A stretch of DNA of 17,744 nt from Promethearchaeota archaeon. GTDB taxonomy: Archaea > Asgardarchaeota > Lokiarchaeia > Sigyniarchaeales > SOKP01. The stretch is from positions 1 through 17,744 of the forward strand of contig RDOE01000067.1 of the NCBI GenBank assembly GCA_011364975.1, given 5' to 3'. Both the position numbers and the translations under genes were made by a program. The notes under the pieces are model-generated. The model did not search any database and was not told the DNA's origin. It saw nothing but the letters and a program-made list of their open reading frames with translations. Below are positions 16,064-17,744 of this stretch, one piece after another; within the stretch, counting starts at the first letter, position 1, and each line of letters begins with the position of its first letter.

Positions 16064-16258
16064 TATGAGCCCTGCGGCATAAACCAGGCTAGCCCACCCC
16101 GCTTATATTGTATTCTATAATAAATTAATCTTTTCTATGGTTTATATAATTATGATCTTTTAAAAGGTTTTATGATTTTATGCTATTTTAGTGGTATTTT
16201 TTTAGATATATATAAATTGTAATATAATTATATAAATTAAACGTTCCATTCTTCAAAA

Positions 16259-16993
16259 ATGGCAAACTCTCATTCAAAAAGCTTTTTTGGGCAAAATACA
16301 GGAATAATACTTACAAGTTGGTCAAAATATGAGCCATTTATTTTCTTAAATTGTATTAAGATGAAACCAAATGGTATTTGGGAAAAATTATCTGATAATG
16401 AAGGAAAAATTATTAAATTATCATTAGAAGAAATAATATTAATTTTAAGGGTATTAAATCGCCAAAATCTCATGTGGCAAAATATCCATCGTTATAAAGA
16501 TTCAAAAACATGCATCTCTTTTACCTGGCAAGATGCAGAAACTGATATCTTCTGGATAAACATCGATAATTATTCAAAAATGCTCAATCCCGCTCAAATA
16601 GAAATCCTAAGATTACTACTAACGCACATACTTCATGAAAAATTAATTTATTCAACTTCATTGGACCAAGAATTTAACAATAAAAAATCTGCAACATCGA
16701 ATGGAAATTCTCATAGCAATAATACAGAAGAAGAAAGTGCTGTTGAATATCTTGAAAGTATAGATTCGGAATTAAAACCTGATGAAGGTGAAAAATTTTT
16801 ATTAAATGATGTAACCAATATAGAAAGTATGATTATTAGCGAAACTGACAAAGCATTAATGCTTAAATTTGAAAACGATAAGATGTGGATCCCTAAATCG
16901 ACGATTCATAATCATTATGACCCAAAAAAAGAGTTAATCCAACACTTTTTAATTTCTAATTGGATTTTAAAGAAATATAAGATAATTTCCTAA
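16259..16993 (+). CDS. Hypothetical two-domain protein, candidate Whirly/PC4-like ssDNA-binding N-domain
   Basis: Apparent repeated strands-then-helix pattern with KIIKLSLEEI and KMLNPAQIEIL; low-complexity linker; C-domain ETDKAL...WIPKS. The CDS is solid, the function is inferred. Confidence 0.6.
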   Translation: MANSHSKSFFGQNTGIILTSWSKYEPFIFLNCIKMKPNGIWEKLSDNEGKIIKLSLEEIILILRVLNRQNLMWQNIHRYKDSKTCISFTWQDAETDIFWINIDNYSKMLNPAQIEILRLLLTHILHEKLIYSTSLDQEFNNKKSATSNGNSHSNNTEEESAVEYLESIDSELKPDEGEKFLLNDVTNIESMIISETDKALMLKFENDKMWIPKSTIHNHYDPKKELIQHFLISNWILKKYKIIS

Positions 16994-17097
16994 GGTCTTG
17001 TTAATCCCTAGTTATCCTTTTTTTTCCAAAATAAATAACCTTAACTTTTAGATATAATTTATGATAATAATAGTTTAAGCCATAAACAATTAAATAA

Positions 17098-17744
17098 ATG
17101 GGAATGATGAATACTTTTTTAGAATTCTTTTTTAACCCTTGGTTCTTAATTTCACTAGTTTTTTGGGTTATTGTGATTTTCTTTGTTTTGATTTTAAAAA
17201 ATAAAAAAGGTGCGTATAATTTTTTCTTCCCATTATTAGCTATGTTTAAGACCAAAAAATTAAATAATATTATTGTAAATATCTCAAAGAGAAAACCAAA
17301 ATTCTGGCGGACTTTTTGGAATATCGGTATTTTTGTCTCATTCGGATTTACCATTTATGGACTTTTTTTCTTCTTCATTAATCTTTTAAATTTAATCTTT
17401 CAACCAAGTGTCGAACAAGCAATTGTCCCTCTAATACCAGGGGTTACAATTGATCTTCCAATTTTTTTCTATCTTATCTTACCCTTATTATTTATAATGA
17501 CAACACACGAATTTGCTCATGGTATTTCTGCAAGTGTTGATGGTGTTGAAATTAAATCAACGGGTATTTTAGGTGTAGGAGTTTTTTATTTAATCGGTTT
17601 TGGAGCTTTTGTAGAAGTTGATGAGCGAGAGCTTTTTTCTCAAAGACATAATAGAAATACAAGATTAAGAATAGCTTCAGCGGGGACCTCGATCAACGGT
17701 CTTACTGTACTTATTGCCCTACCAATTTTGATATTTTTTCCTAT
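17098..17744 (+). CDS. Site-2 protease (peptidase M50), 3'-truncated by the window edge, absent from the ORF track
   Basis: Manual translation MGMMNTFLEFFFNPW...PLIPGVTI...THEFAHG (HExxH at 17506-17520)...GAFVEVDE...RLRIASAG, with several transmembrane segments. Confidence 0.92.
   Translation, partial: MGMMNTFLEFFFNPWFLISLVFWVIVIFFVLILKNKKGAYNFFFPLLAMFKTKKLNNIIVNISKRKPKFWRTFWNIGIFVSFGFTIYGLFFFFINLLNLIFQPSVEQAIVPLIPGVTIDLPIFFYLILPLLFIMTTHEFAHGISASVDGVEIKSTGILGVGVFYLIGFGAFVEVDERELFSQRHNRNTRLRIASAGTSINGLTVLIALPILIFFP

Larger units (their letters stand above)
15972..16103 (-). tRNA. Initiator tRNA-Met(CAT) with two introns
   Basis: A1:U72 acceptor AGCGGGG/CCCCGCT; anticodon stem CAGGG/CCCTG with three consecutive G-C pairs; CAT at 16067-16065; T-arm GTTCG-TTCAAAT-CGAAC. 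76 nt without CCA after removing both introns. Confidence 0.93.

Noticed and set aside
15972-16103. Elongator Met or Ile2(CAU) identity; tRNA as an integration site
   Set aside because: A1:U72 and three G-C anticodon-stem pairs indicate the initiator. No integrase or duplicated tRNA end was seen for either tRNA.
16270-16473. 67-aa minus-strand ORF
   Set aside because: Antisense within 16259..16993.
17001-17354. 117-aa minus-strand ORF
   Set aside because: Lys/Asn-rich mirror of the hydrophobic M50 protease on the plus strand.
1-17744. CRISPR arrays, IS elements, prophage or defence systems
   Set aside because: No periodic repeats, transposase, integrase or defence domains seen; the window is gene-dense core genome.

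Overview
Very AT-rich archaeal chromosomal window, most likely from an Asgard archaeon of the Lokiarchaeia (inferred from profilin, TFB, Rpo12, aIF2-beta, NMD3, RIO1, FtsZ and BHB-type tRNA introns). It is mostly core machinery: pyrH-DUF2116, tRNA-Leu(CAA), TFB and Rpo12 (missed by the ORF track), a PAC2 proteasome chaperone, YkgJ plus a THUMP-less ThiI, a GT4 plus a LysA-like enzyme, FtsZ, and a minus-strand run of tRNA-iMet, RPA32-like, aIF2-beta, DUF424, NMD3, RIO1 and Dim2. An M50 site-2 protease runs off the right edge. No mobile element or CRISPR array is visible. Best leads: a profilin with an extra C-terminal helical domain, a candidate Whirly-fold ssDNA-binding protein, a full-length SWS1/ZSWIM7-like protein, a PAC3/PAC4-like chaperone near a HbYX-tailed PAC2, an initiator tRNA with two introns whose splice motifs compete, a D-loop intron in tRNA-Leu, and a LysA-like enzyme lacking its conserved Cys that is coupled to a glycosyltransferase. 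All family assignments are by eye and from memory; no searches were run.
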